Below, piece after piece: positions 9,830-17,640 of a stretch of DNA of 64,000 bases (positions are counted from its first letter, which is position 1; each line of letters begins with the position of its first letter). A model generated the notes under the pieces. The model saw nothing but the letters and a program-made list of their open reading frames with translations, was not told the DNA's origin and did not search any database. The position numbers and the translations under genes were made by a program. The stretch is from Alphaproteobacteria bacterium. GTDB taxonomy: Bacteria > Pseudomonadota > Alphaproteobacteria > G963923945. The stretch lies in the NCBI GenBank assembly GCA_965199175.1, contig OZ240684.1:1058337-1122336 (forward strand), written 5' to 3'.

Positions 9830-10792
9830 ATGGCTAATTTATTATGGCTCCAGGGCGGGGCCTGCTCTGGAAACACAATGTCGTTTCTGAATGCCGAGGA
9901 ACCCAGTGCCTGCGATCTTGTCACCGATTTCGGGATCAATGTTCTTTGGCAGCCGTCACTCGGCCTGGAACTCGGAGACGATGTTAAAGCGATACTGCAA
10001 AAATGTATTTCCGGTGATATCCAGCTGGATATTTTCGTTTTTGAAGGGACGGTTATTGACGCCCCCAACGGGACCGGCGAATGGAACCGGTTTTGTGGTC
10101 GGGCAATGAAAGAATGGGTCAAAGAACTTTCAGCAGCGGCTCAATTTGTTGTTGCTATTGGAGACTGTGCTACTTGGGGCGGTATTCCGGCAACCGCGCC
10201 CAATCCTTCGGATTCCAGGGGTCTGCAATTCCTGAAACGCGAGAAAGGTGGTGCCCTTGGGGAAGGGTTCACATCCAAAGCCGGCCTTCCGGTCATCAAT
10301 ATTCCGGGCTGCCCGGCTCACCCCGATTGGGTCACCCAAATTCTGGTGGCGGTTGCGACCGGACGGGCCGGAGACCTGACCCTTGATGAATTCCAGAGGC
10401 CAAAGACATTTTTCTCAAGTTTCACGCAAACTGGTTGTACTCGAAACATGCATTTTGCTTATAAAGTCTCCTCGACAGCGTTTGGCCAGCGTAAAGGCTG
10501 CCTGTTCTATGACCTTGGTTGCCGTGGGCCGATGACTCATAGCCCATGCAACCGGATTCTCTGGAACCGTCAGTCATCGAAAACTCGCGCCGGTATGCCT
10601 TGTCTGGGTTGCACGGAACCTGAGTTCCCGTTTTTTGATTTAGCACCTGGCACAGTCTTTAAAACTCAGACTGTGATGGGCGTACCCAAAGATCTGCCGA
10701 CAGGCGTGGAAAAAACTGGCTATGTAAAATTGACTGCCGCAGCCAAGGGTGCTGCCCCAGCCTGGGCTGAAAAAGACATTTTCGTCGTCTGA
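9830..10792 (+). CDS. hupS: [NiFe]-hydrogenase small subunit, no Tat signal peptide (group 2a-like HupS)
   Basis: Begins directly MANLLWLQGGACSGN. It has the conserved Cys ligands of the proximal, medial and distal FeS clusters. At 320 aa it matches cyanobacterial-type HupS length. RBS GGAGGAAAAAGA precedes the ATG. Confidence 0.9.
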   Translation: MANLLWLQGGACSGNTMSFLNAEEPSACDLVTDFGINVLWQPSLGLELGDDVKAILQKCISGDIQLDIFVFEGTVIDAPNGTGEWNRFCGRAMKEWVKELSAAAQFVVAIGDCATWGGIPATAPNPSDSRGLQFLKREKGGALGEGFTSKAGLPVINIPGCPAHPDWVTQILVAVATGRAGDLTLDEFQRPKTFFSSFTQTGCTRNMHFAYKVSSTAFGQRKGCLFYDLGCRGPMTHSPCNRILWNRQSSKTRAGMPCLGCTEPEFPFFDLAPGTVFKTQTVMGVPKDLPTGVEKTGYVKLTAAAKGAAPAWAEKDIFVV

Positions 10793-10841
10793 AGTCAGTG
10801 AACAAACAAAAGTCAGTGAACAAATAAAGGGAATTTAAACA

Positions 10842-12437
10842 ATGTCAGCAGCAGTTCAAACTCTTGATATTTCTCCTGTCGGGCGCGTTGAAGGCGACCT
10901 TGACGTTCGTGTCGATATTTCGGATGGCGTTGTAACCAATGCCTGGACAAATGCGGAAATGTTCCGCGGCTTTGAAGTCATCTTGAAAGACAAAGACCCC
11001 CAGGCTGGCCTGGTCGTCACGCCCCGCGCCTGTGGCATCTGTGGTGCGTCGCATCTGACATGTGCTGCCTGGGCGTTGGATACAGCCTGGAGCACGACTG
11101 TCCCAAGAAATGCCATTTTGGCCCGCAACCTTGGTCAGATTGTCGAATCGCTTCAGTCTTTGCCCAGGCATCATTACGGCTTGTTCATGATTGATTACAC
11201 GAACAAAAATTACGCCAATTCGGTTTTTTTCGAAGAAGCCGTCAAGCGCTATGCGCCGTTTACCGGTACTTCCTACGAAGCTGGCGTGACGATTTCCGGC
11301 AGACCGGTTGAGATTTATGCTCTGCTCGGTGGGCAGTGGCCGCACTCATCTTACATGGTGCCAGGTGGCGTGATGTGTGCGCCGACTTTGACGGATGTGA
11401 CCCGGGCCTGGTCGATCCTTGAACACTTTCGACGTAACTGGATTGAACCATTATGGCTTGGATGTTCGATGGAGCGGTATGAAAGCATTCAGACATTAGA
11501 AGATTTTGAGGCATGGCTTGATGAACGTCCGGAACATGCGCGTTCAGACCTCGGCCTTTATTGGCGAATGTCCAAAGATATCGGTCTGGATCAATACGGC
11601 AAAGGCCATGGCAAATTCATCACCTGGGGTTATCTGCCCCATGAGGACAAATATCAAAACCCAACCATTGATGCACGCAGCGGCGCGGTCATCATGAAGG
11701 CCGGGGTATATGATGGTGCTTCTGACAGCTTCCAACCGATGGAACAGTCGTTGGCCCGGGAAGATATGATCCATTCCTGGTACGATGAAGGCAATGATAT
11801 TCACCCTTTTGACCGCACAACCAATCCGATTATGAAGAATGAGATTGATCCGGATGGAAAATATTCCTGGTGCACTTCGGTTCGCCACACTGAAAACGGT
11901 CGCCTTGAGGCGGGTCCACTTGCGCGTCGCCTGGTTTCTGGAGGACCGGGTCAGGATTTCCAGCATTCGGACGGCCTGATCCTGGATATGTATCGGAAGA
12001 TGGGTGGTGCTTCGATTATGCTGCGCCATTTCGCACGGATGCATGAACTGTGTATTCTCTACCGCGAAGCTGAGCGTATTCTGCGTGAATTCAAGCTCAA
12101 TGACGAATGGTATATCAAACCAACCGAGAAAGATGGGCGTGGTTGGGGTGCTACGGAGGCAATTCGTGGTGCCCTCTGCCACTGGATTGATGTTGAAGGC
12201 GGTAAGATCAAGAACTATCAGATCATCGCGCCGACCACCTGGAATGTTGGTCCTCGCGCTGAGAACGGCGAACGGGGACCGATCGAAGAGGCACTCATTG
12301 GGACGCCGATTGCCAACTCTTCGGATCCGGTCGAAGTCGGCCATGTGTGTCGGTCCTATGACAGCTGTTTGGTCTGCACCGTCCATGCTCATGATGGCAA
12401 GACAGGCGAAGAGCTTGCGCGGTTTCGTACGGCGTAA
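10842..12437 (+). CDS. hupL: [NiFe]-hydrogenase large subunit with C-terminal extension
   Basis: N-terminal RACGICGASH and C-terminal DSCLVCTVH motifs ligate the Ni-Fe site. About 16 residues follow the final His, which is a substrate for endopeptidase cleavage. 531 aa. Confidence 0.9.
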   Translation: MSAAVQTLDISPVGRVEGDLDVRVDISDGVVTNAWTNAEMFRGFEVILKDKDPQAGLVVTPRACGICGASHLTCAAWALDTAWSTTVPRNAILARNLGQIVESLQSLPRHHYGLFMIDYTNKNYANSVFFEEAVKRYAPFTGTSYEAGVTISGRPVEIYALLGGQWPHSSYMVPGGVMCAPTLTDVTRAWSILEHFRRNWIEPLWLGCSMERYESIQTLEDFEAWLDERPEHARSDLGLYWRMSKDIGLDQYGKGHGKFITWGYLPHEDKYQNPTIDARSGAVIMKAGVYDGASDSFQPMEQSLAREDMIHSWYDEGNDIHPFDRTTNPIMKNEIDPDGKYSWCTSVRHTENGRLEAGPLARRLVSGGPGQDFQHSDGLILDMYRKMGGASIMLRHFARMHELCILYREAERILREFKLNDEWYIKPTEKDGRGWGATEAIRGALCHWIDVEGGKIKNYQIIAPTTWNVGPRAENGERGPIEEALIGTPIANSSDPVEVGHVCRSYDSCLVCTVHAHDGKTGEELARFRTA

Positions 12438-12507
12438 CCAATAAGGGTATGGAGAGTTCCAAACAAAATCCTGATAAAAAATCCGTAGAAACAAAATTGG
12501 GTTAGGT

Positions 12508-12897
12508 GTGGTGGCTTCGATGGTTGGTGATATTTCTGTTGCGGCGGAGTCTTCGGCTTATCGGCAACGTTACGGGGTTTTGCCTTCCGAGGCCGACCAC
12601 GCAACCCTCATGAAGATGATTGAGGATTTATTTAAGGAGGGTCTGGAGACTCAGATTGAGCCATTTCCGAAAACTGACCGGGAATTTGCGGCGATTCTTG
12701 ATGATCTGCGGATGCTTACGCCAGACCAGCTTCGGGAAAAACTGGTGCTTTCCGGATGGCTTCTCAAGCCCCATGGTGAAGATCAGATGCGTTGTCAGGA
12801 ATGCATGTATTTTCTTGTCCATCGTCGCTGGTGCGATCTTCCGGAGTTGAATTTGCCTGCGGAACCGGAATGGTGGTGCAGATTGTGGAGAATTTAG
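12508..12897 (+). CDS. Hypothetical protein, paralog 1, conserved C-terminal 4-Cys motif (hydrogenase-cluster associated)
   Basis: C-terminus QECMYFLVHRRWCDLPELNLPAEPEWWCRLWRI. Paralogous to the next gene. Confidence 0.5.
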   Translation: MVASMVGDISVAAESSAYRQRYGVLPSEADHATLMKMIEDLFKEGLETQIEPFPKTDREFAAILDDLRMLTPDQLREKLVLSGWLLKPHGEDQMRCQECMYFLVHRRWCDLPELNLPAEPEWWCRLWRI

Positions 12898-12907
12898 GAG
12901 AGAGGAA

Positions 12908-13240
12908 GTGTCTGACCAAGCGTCAAGTCCTGAAGACGATGCGTTGCGCGACCATATCGCGGAGACATTGTCTTCGGGGATAGAAACCGAAGTCTGGCCA
13001 CGCGCCGAAACTTCGGAGATGGTTGAGAATATTGTCAAGCGCTTACAAACCGAAGCCAGAGACGACCTGGACAAGAAGCTGATCATCGGCGGTTTCACCG
13101 ACCACATCATCGAAGCCGAAGGATTGGAACAACCCTGTGAGACTTGTATGTATTACTTGGTGCATCGGAAATTTTGCGAATTACCGGAGTTGATGTTGCC
13201 AGTCGAACCGCATTGGTCTTGCAGACTTTGGCGCATTTGA
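12908..13240 (+). CDS. Hypothetical protein, paralog 2, conserved C-terminal 4-Cys motif
   Basis: C-terminus CETCMYYLVHRKFCELPELMLPVEPHWSCRLWRI aligns residue-for-residue with the previous ORF. GTG start. Confidence 0.5.
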   Translation: MSDQASSPEDDALRDHIAETLSSGIETEVWPRAETSEMVENIVKRLQTEARDDLDKKLIIGGFTDHIIEAEGLEQPCETCMYYLVHRKFCELPELMLPVEPHWSCRLWRI

Positions 13241-13716
13241 ATCCGGCGACAGTCATCATCGGTTGCGGCAACCCGAACCGAAGCGATGATGGAGTCGGCC
13301 CCTATGTCGTTTCCTTGCTTCGTGATCGGGATCTTGGTGATCATGTCTCGCTTTATGATGGCGGGACCGATGGTATGGGTGTCATGTACCGGCTGCGGGG
13401 CTTTGAGCGTCTGGTCATCATTGACGCCCGCATGCCTCAGGGGACTCCGGGCGCATTATATGAAGTCCCCGGAGACGTTCTGGAAACGCGTCCGCCACAA
13501 AGTCTCAATCTTCATGATTTCAGATGGGATCATGCTCTTTATGTCGGCCGCCAAATATATGGCACGGCGTTTCCGGATGATGTATCGGTGTTTTTAATTG
13601 AAGCAGCCAATCTTGATCTGGGATTGGAGATCAGCCCACACATTCAGGCGACGGCCTTGAAAGTTGCAGCGCAGATTGAGCATATGGTGACCGCGCGTGA
13701 TGCGGCGGCTATTTAG
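13237..13716 (+). CDS. hupD: Hydrogenase maturation endopeptidase (HybD/HupD family)
   Basis: Motif VIIGCGNPNRSDDGVGPYVV matches the GxGNxxxxDDGxG signature. The proposed TTG start overlaps the upstream stop. An ATG at 13144 in the track would overlap the previous gene by ~100 nt. Confidence 0.75.
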   Translation: MNPATVIIGCGNPNRSDDGVGPYVVSLLRDRDLGDHVSLYDGGTDGMGVMYRLRGFERLVIIDARMPQGTPGALYEVPGDVLETRPPQSLNLHDFRWDHALYVGRQIYGTAFPDDVSVFLIEAANLDLGLEISPHIQATALKVAAQIEHMVTARDAAAI

Positions 13717-13719
13717 GGA

Positions 13720-14031
13720 GTGGCGATGGCGGTGCGTATTGGCGTCCGGGATGGGTCTGTGTATCTCAATCGGCAGACCGTTGAGACGTATTTCCGGCAT
13801 ATTGACGCTGTAATCATTTTGATCCGTGACCAACAGTTGCAGATTCTGCCGGTTCGGCAGATGGCTGCGGGGGGGTGTTTGCTAAAAGTCCGTAATGCGG
13901 TTGGGGACCGGGTGGCGAACAGCCCGGATGTCTTCGCCGAGCACGGGCTTTCGGCTTGGCGTGATGATGATATTGAGGCAGTTTGGTCGGCGACTCTCGG
14001 TGCTCTTGTTGCAGAGATATCCGCATACTAA
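13720..14031 (+). CDS. Hypothetical protein (hydrogenase cluster)
   Basis: 103-aa ORF. RBS GGGAG lies 6 nt upstream of the ATG, immediately after hupD. Confidence 0.35.
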   Translation: MAMAVRIGVRDGSVYLNRQTVETYFRHIDAVIILIRDQQLQILPVRQMAAGGCLLKVRNAVGDRVANSPDVFAEHGLSAWRDDDIEAVWSATLGALVAEISAY

Positions 14032-14132
14032 GTTTACATATTGAAAAACGACTAGACATAATTCGTATAAACGGGTTTACTTTCCTGAGCGTTCATTGTT
14101 AGCGGATCGAAATCCGTTTACGGGAGGAGAGT

Positions 14133-15122
14133 ATGGTCGCGCGCAGCCGTACCGAAGATGAGGTGAATGCGGCCTTAAAGACGGTCGAAGGAAGCGGCGC
14201 ATCGACGCAGGAAAAAGCCGAGATGCTTATGGAAATCGCCATGGGCCTCCAACAAAAGCCCAAAGCTCCGGGTGATCTTCATGCTGCGGTCACTCTCTAT
14301 AAAAGGAGTCTGGAGCAAGCCAGAGACGCAGATTCGCTGCTTCAGGCACGTATTCGTGCGCGCATGGCCACTGCTATGATGGCCATACCTGGCGATACGA
14401 CGCATTTTCTGGAAAGCGCCCGGGGCGAATTGCAGGACGCCCTGGAGATATTACAAACCGAAGGCCTTGATGCAGAAATCGCAGAAGCCGAAATGAATTT
14501 GGGCCTGGTCTTGCAAAACCTTGCAGAAGTTGGCCAGGGCCGCATTCAAGATGCCATATCGGCCTATCAACGTGCCTTAAGGGTCTTTGATAAAGCCAGT
14601 CATCCTGTAGAATTCGCCATTCTGCAAAATAACATCGCAACTGCTTTCCTTTCGATTCCTTTCACTCAGGAGAGTGGTAAGATGCGGGAGGCTCTGGCCG
14701 TGCAGGCATTTGAAGAGGGTTTGAAAGTGGTCAATCTGATTGACCACCCCCGTGAATACGCCATGTTACAGAATAATCTTGGCAACGCTCTTCAGTACGC
14801 TTCGTCAAGCCATCGGGTTGAAAATGGTTTTCGGGCACTGGAGGCTTATGACGAAGCCTTGAAAGTGAGAACATCCCGCGATATGCCGGATGAATATGCC
14901 AACACCATCGCCAATAAGGCAAATTGCCTGGTCAACCTACCTGATGACCCAGAAAACCCTGACACCGGCAATCAGCATCACTTGTCAATAGCCCAGACTC
15001 TCTACAAGGAAGCGCATACGATTTTCGAGAATACCGGAGCACTCGACAAAGCGGCAATGGTGGCCGAAGCCCTGGCGAACCTATCTTCCGAAACCCGTTT
15101 CGGCCAACCCATCGTTCATTGA
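14133..15122 (+). CDS. TPR-like repeat protein (hydrogenase cluster)
   Basis: 329 aa, helical, with repeated A/L/Y-rich ~34-aa units (ALxxYxxAL patterns). Confidence 0.55.
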   Translation: MVARSRTEDEVNAALKTVEGSGASTQEKAEMLMEIAMGLQQKPKAPGDLHAAVTLYKRSLEQARDADSLLQARIRARMATAMMAIPGDTTHFLESARGELQDALEILQTEGLDAEIAEAEMNLGLVLQNLAEVGQGRIQDAISAYQRALRVFDKASHPVEFAILQNNIATAFLSIPFTQESGKMREALAVQAFEEGLKVVNLIDHPREYAMLQNNLGNALQYASSSHRVENGFRALEAYDEALKVRTSRDMPDEYANTIANKANCLVNLPDDPENPDTGNQHHLSIAQTLYKEAHTIFENTGALDKAAMVAEALANLSSETRFGQPIVH

Positions 15123-15346
15123 AGAAAAAAGCCACAGAAGGAGACCTGGCAATGGAACCTCTCATATTCATCCTGGCATTGGTGCTCGGGGTTGCTGCAT
15201 CTATCGGTGCCGGCGTGTTATCGGGTCTTTGGATCGGCAAAGACGCTCTTGGCGGCGAACTTGCCGCCTTTATGGGCGGGCTTTACGGCCTCATGTCCGG
15301 CATCGTCGGCGTCAGCGCCGGTTTGGCCGCTCTATTACTGGTTTAA
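15119..15346 (+). CDS. Small membrane protein (2 predicted TM helices)
   Basis: 75 aa with Gly/Ala-rich hydrophobic segments. Overlaps the upstream stop. Confidence 0.4.
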   Translation: MKKKATEGDLAMEPLIFILALVLGVAASIGAGVLSGLWIGKDALGGELAAFMGGLYGLMSGIVGVSAGLAALLLV

Positions 15347-15357
15347 GGGGGAGTCGG

Positions 15358-15579
15358 ATGTTGAGTATAGCACTGAATTCAGCAAAATTGTTCTTCGCGG
15401 GAAAACTCTTCCAGGATAACAAGAAAGTCTTGCGTCAATTTGCCATTGGTGCCGGGGCTGGGGGAATTGCGACTGTTATCGTTGCTCAATTCACGCCGCT
15501 GTGGCTCGCCGCGATGGCTGGCGGTGCTGTTTGCGGCTTTCTTCAACCAATTTTGTTTAAAGATCTGAAATACGCGTGA
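15358..15579 (+). CDS. Small membrane protein (2 predicted TM helices)
   Basis: ATG follows GGGGGAG. 73 aa with two hydrophobic stretches. Confidence 0.4.
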   Translation: MLSIALNSAKLFFAGKLFQDNKKVLRQFAIGAGAGGIATVIVAQFTPLWLAAMAGGAVCGFLQPILFKDLKYA

Positions 15580-15583
15580 TCCG

Positions 15584-16459
15584 ATGTCTGATGGTCCCGC
15601 AGCGCAGGAAGGCCGCTCGCTTGATGATCTCCTGAAAGATCTATCGGCTCTTGAAGCCCTGGCGAACGGATGGGAGAGTGCTGAACGCAACGGTGCTCAG
15701 GCCCGTGCCGAGGCCGTTGATGCTCTGAATGCGGAGGCTTTCCGTCGACTGATCAGAGTTCTCCGGGATACACCGGGCATGGAAAGTGCCTTACGTAGCG
15801 CTGCTGGTGACGAAGTTGTTTATGCGGTCTTGCGCCGTCATGGAATTCTAAAACCATCGCTTTTTGAGCGCGTTGACACAGCCCTCGACAGCGTACGTCC
15901 CATGCTGGTCAATCATGGTGGAAATGCCGAACTGGTCGCCGTCGATGGTCACTGTGCCACCATCCGGTTTCTCGGCAACTGTGATGGCTGCCCGGCCTCC
16001 GCCCTGACATTCTACGCAGGAGTAAAAAAAGCGATTCAAGACCAGGTTCCGGAAATTAGCGAGATCAAGCAAGCTAAAGGACTGGGGGGAGGCAGTGGAG
16101 GCGACAGTCAAACGACCCATTTCATATCACCATTTGCTACCTATCAGAGTGAAGGCTGGAGCTATGCCTGTGGCCTGCATGAGCTTGCCGATGGTGCTAC
16201 CACTATCCTGGATATCGAAGAACACTCAATTTTGCTGTCCCGCTTCGGTGATCGGATAACATGTTTTGAAAATGCTTGCGCGCATATGGGAATGGCGATG
16301 GATGGCGGCGAAATCAGCGATGGTTTGATCACCTGTCCTCATCATGAATTCAGGTACTCCCTGGAAACCGGAGAATGTCTGACCGCCCCGGAGGTCCAGC
16401 TGCAACCCCATGGCGTTCGCGTTGTCAGCGATATGGTCGAGGTACGGTTGACGCAATGA
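15584..16459 (+). CDS. NifU-like plus Rieske [2Fe-2S] fusion protein (mycobacterial HucE/HhyE-like hydrogenase-associated FeS protein)
   Basis: NifU C-terminal-type segment LVNHGGNAELVAVDGHCATIRFLGNCDGCPAS, followed by Rieske motifs CAH...CPHH. Confidence 0.7.
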   Translation: MSDGPAAQEGRSLDDLLKDLSALEALANGWESAERNGAQARAEAVDALNAEAFRRLIRVLRDTPGMESALRSAAGDEVVYAVLRRHGILKPSLFERVDTALDSVRPMLVNHGGNAELVAVDGHCATIRFLGNCDGCPASALTFYAGVKKAIQDQVPEISEIKQAKGLGGGSGGDSQTTHFISPFATYQSEGWSYACGLHELADGATTILDIEEHSILLSRFGDRITCFENACAHMGMAMDGGEISDGLITCPHHEFRYSLETGECLTAPEVQLQPHGVRVVSDMVEVRLTQ

Positions 16460-17640
16460 AGGCAATGATGCTCTCCTCCTTCCAGCCGCTCAAGGCACCA
16501 GGAACTGTGAAAGCAGGCCGATTATTGCTGGATGAAGGCGGACCGGAAGTCATCCTTGGCTGGCGGCAGGGGGAATTGGCGGCTCCTCTTACACCAAGTC
16601 CCTCGACTATGTTCGGACCGCGGGGAGTATGCCTGCACCCTGATGGCTCATTTTGGGCTTCTGATACCGGACATCATCGCCTTCTGGGATGGCACACAAC
16701 ACCCTATCATGATAATGCGGCAGCCGATATCGTCATCGGCCAGCCGGATTTCCTGAGAGAAGGGCGCAATGCCAAGGCAGAGCCCAGTGCCGCAACACTG
16801 AACATGCCGACCGGCGTGGCGGCCTGGGGCAATGGTCTGGCGGTTGCCGATGCTTGGAATCACCGGATTTTGTTGTGGAAAACAACTCCCCGGCAAAGCG
16901 GTCAGGCCGCCGATATCATTTTGGGACAGGAGACCAATATTTCAATCGACGCCAACCGGGGTGCCGACCAACCGACCAAAGCCAGCCTGCACTGGCCTTG
17001 CGGGGTCTCGGTCATTGATGGAAAATTGGTTGTTTGCGACACCGGAAACCGTCGGGTTCTGATCTGGGATCATCCCAAAAAAACCGGGCAACCGGCTGAT
17101 TTGGTTCTGGGTCAATATGATTTTACGACCCGGGACGAGAATGCCGGTGGTCCTGTTTCGGCAATGTCTATGCGGTGGCCACATATGGCCACCTCCTGGT
17201 CTGGGCGTTTTGTTGTAGCTGATGCGGGCAATAACCGAATCATGGTCTGGAACCACATGCCCAGTCACAACGGTGCGTCATCAACATTCATTCTTGGCCA
17301 ACATGATGCGGTTGGATGCGACCATAATCTTGCTGATTATTATCCATGTGCGGCCTCGGTCAACATGCCTTATGCGGCTATCGCCGCAGGGCAAAGGCTG
17401 GTGGTCGCCGATACGGCGAATTCGCGGTTGATTGGATGGTCCAGGGCGGTCACAGGAAGTGATGCTGACCGGCTGACCGGTCAACCGGATTTTGCGGCCA
17501 AAGGGGATAATCGTTGGGGTATGGCGGAACGCGATAGCCTATGCTGGCCTTATGGCCTCTCGGTATTGGACGATTGGATTGCAATCGCAGATAGCGGGAA
17601 CAACCGCGTGCTTTTGTGGCGGGTCGCCGATGCCGGGTGA
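16456..17640 (+). CDS. NHL-repeat beta-propeller protein (hydrogenase-associated)
   Basis: The ATG overlaps the upstream stop (ATGA). At least six repeats of the DxGNxRIxxW/D type (ADAWNHRILLW, CDTGNRRVLIWD, ADAGNNRIMVWN, ADTANSRLIGW, ADSGNNRVLLW). Confidence 0.7.
   Translation: MKAMMLSSFQPLKAPGTVKAGRLLLDEGGPEVILGWRQGELAAPLTPSPSTMFGPRGVCLHPDGSFWASDTGHHRLLGWHTTPYHDNAAADIVIGQPDFLREGRNAKAEPSAATLNMPTGVAAWGNGLAVADAWNHRILLWKTTPRQSGQAADIILGQETNISIDANRGADQPTKASLHWPCGVSVIDGKLVVCDTGNRRVLIWDHPKKTGQPADLVLGQYDFTTRDENAGGPVSAMSMRWPHMATSWSGRFVVADAGNNRIMVWNHMPSHNGASSTFILGQHDAVGCDHNLADYYPCAASVNMPYAAIAAGQRLVVADTANSRLIGWSRAVTGSDADRLTGQPDFAAKGDNRWGMAERDSLCWPYGLSVLDDWIAIADSGNNRVLLWRVADAG

Noticed and set aside
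9830-10792. Interpreting the Tat-less small subunit as a regulatory (group 2b, HoxBC-type) sensor hydrogenase
   Set aside because: The large subunit retains a C-terminal extension, and a HupD-type endopeptidase gene follows it. Regulatory hydrogenases lack both features, so an uptake group 2a-type enzyme fits better.
11544-12494. 316-aa minus-strand ORF inside hupL, plus other long antisense ORFs (for example 48374-49060 in the tape measure gene and 10845-11345)
   Set aside because: They sit antisense to genes with strong family signatures. This is a GC-rich open-frame artefact.
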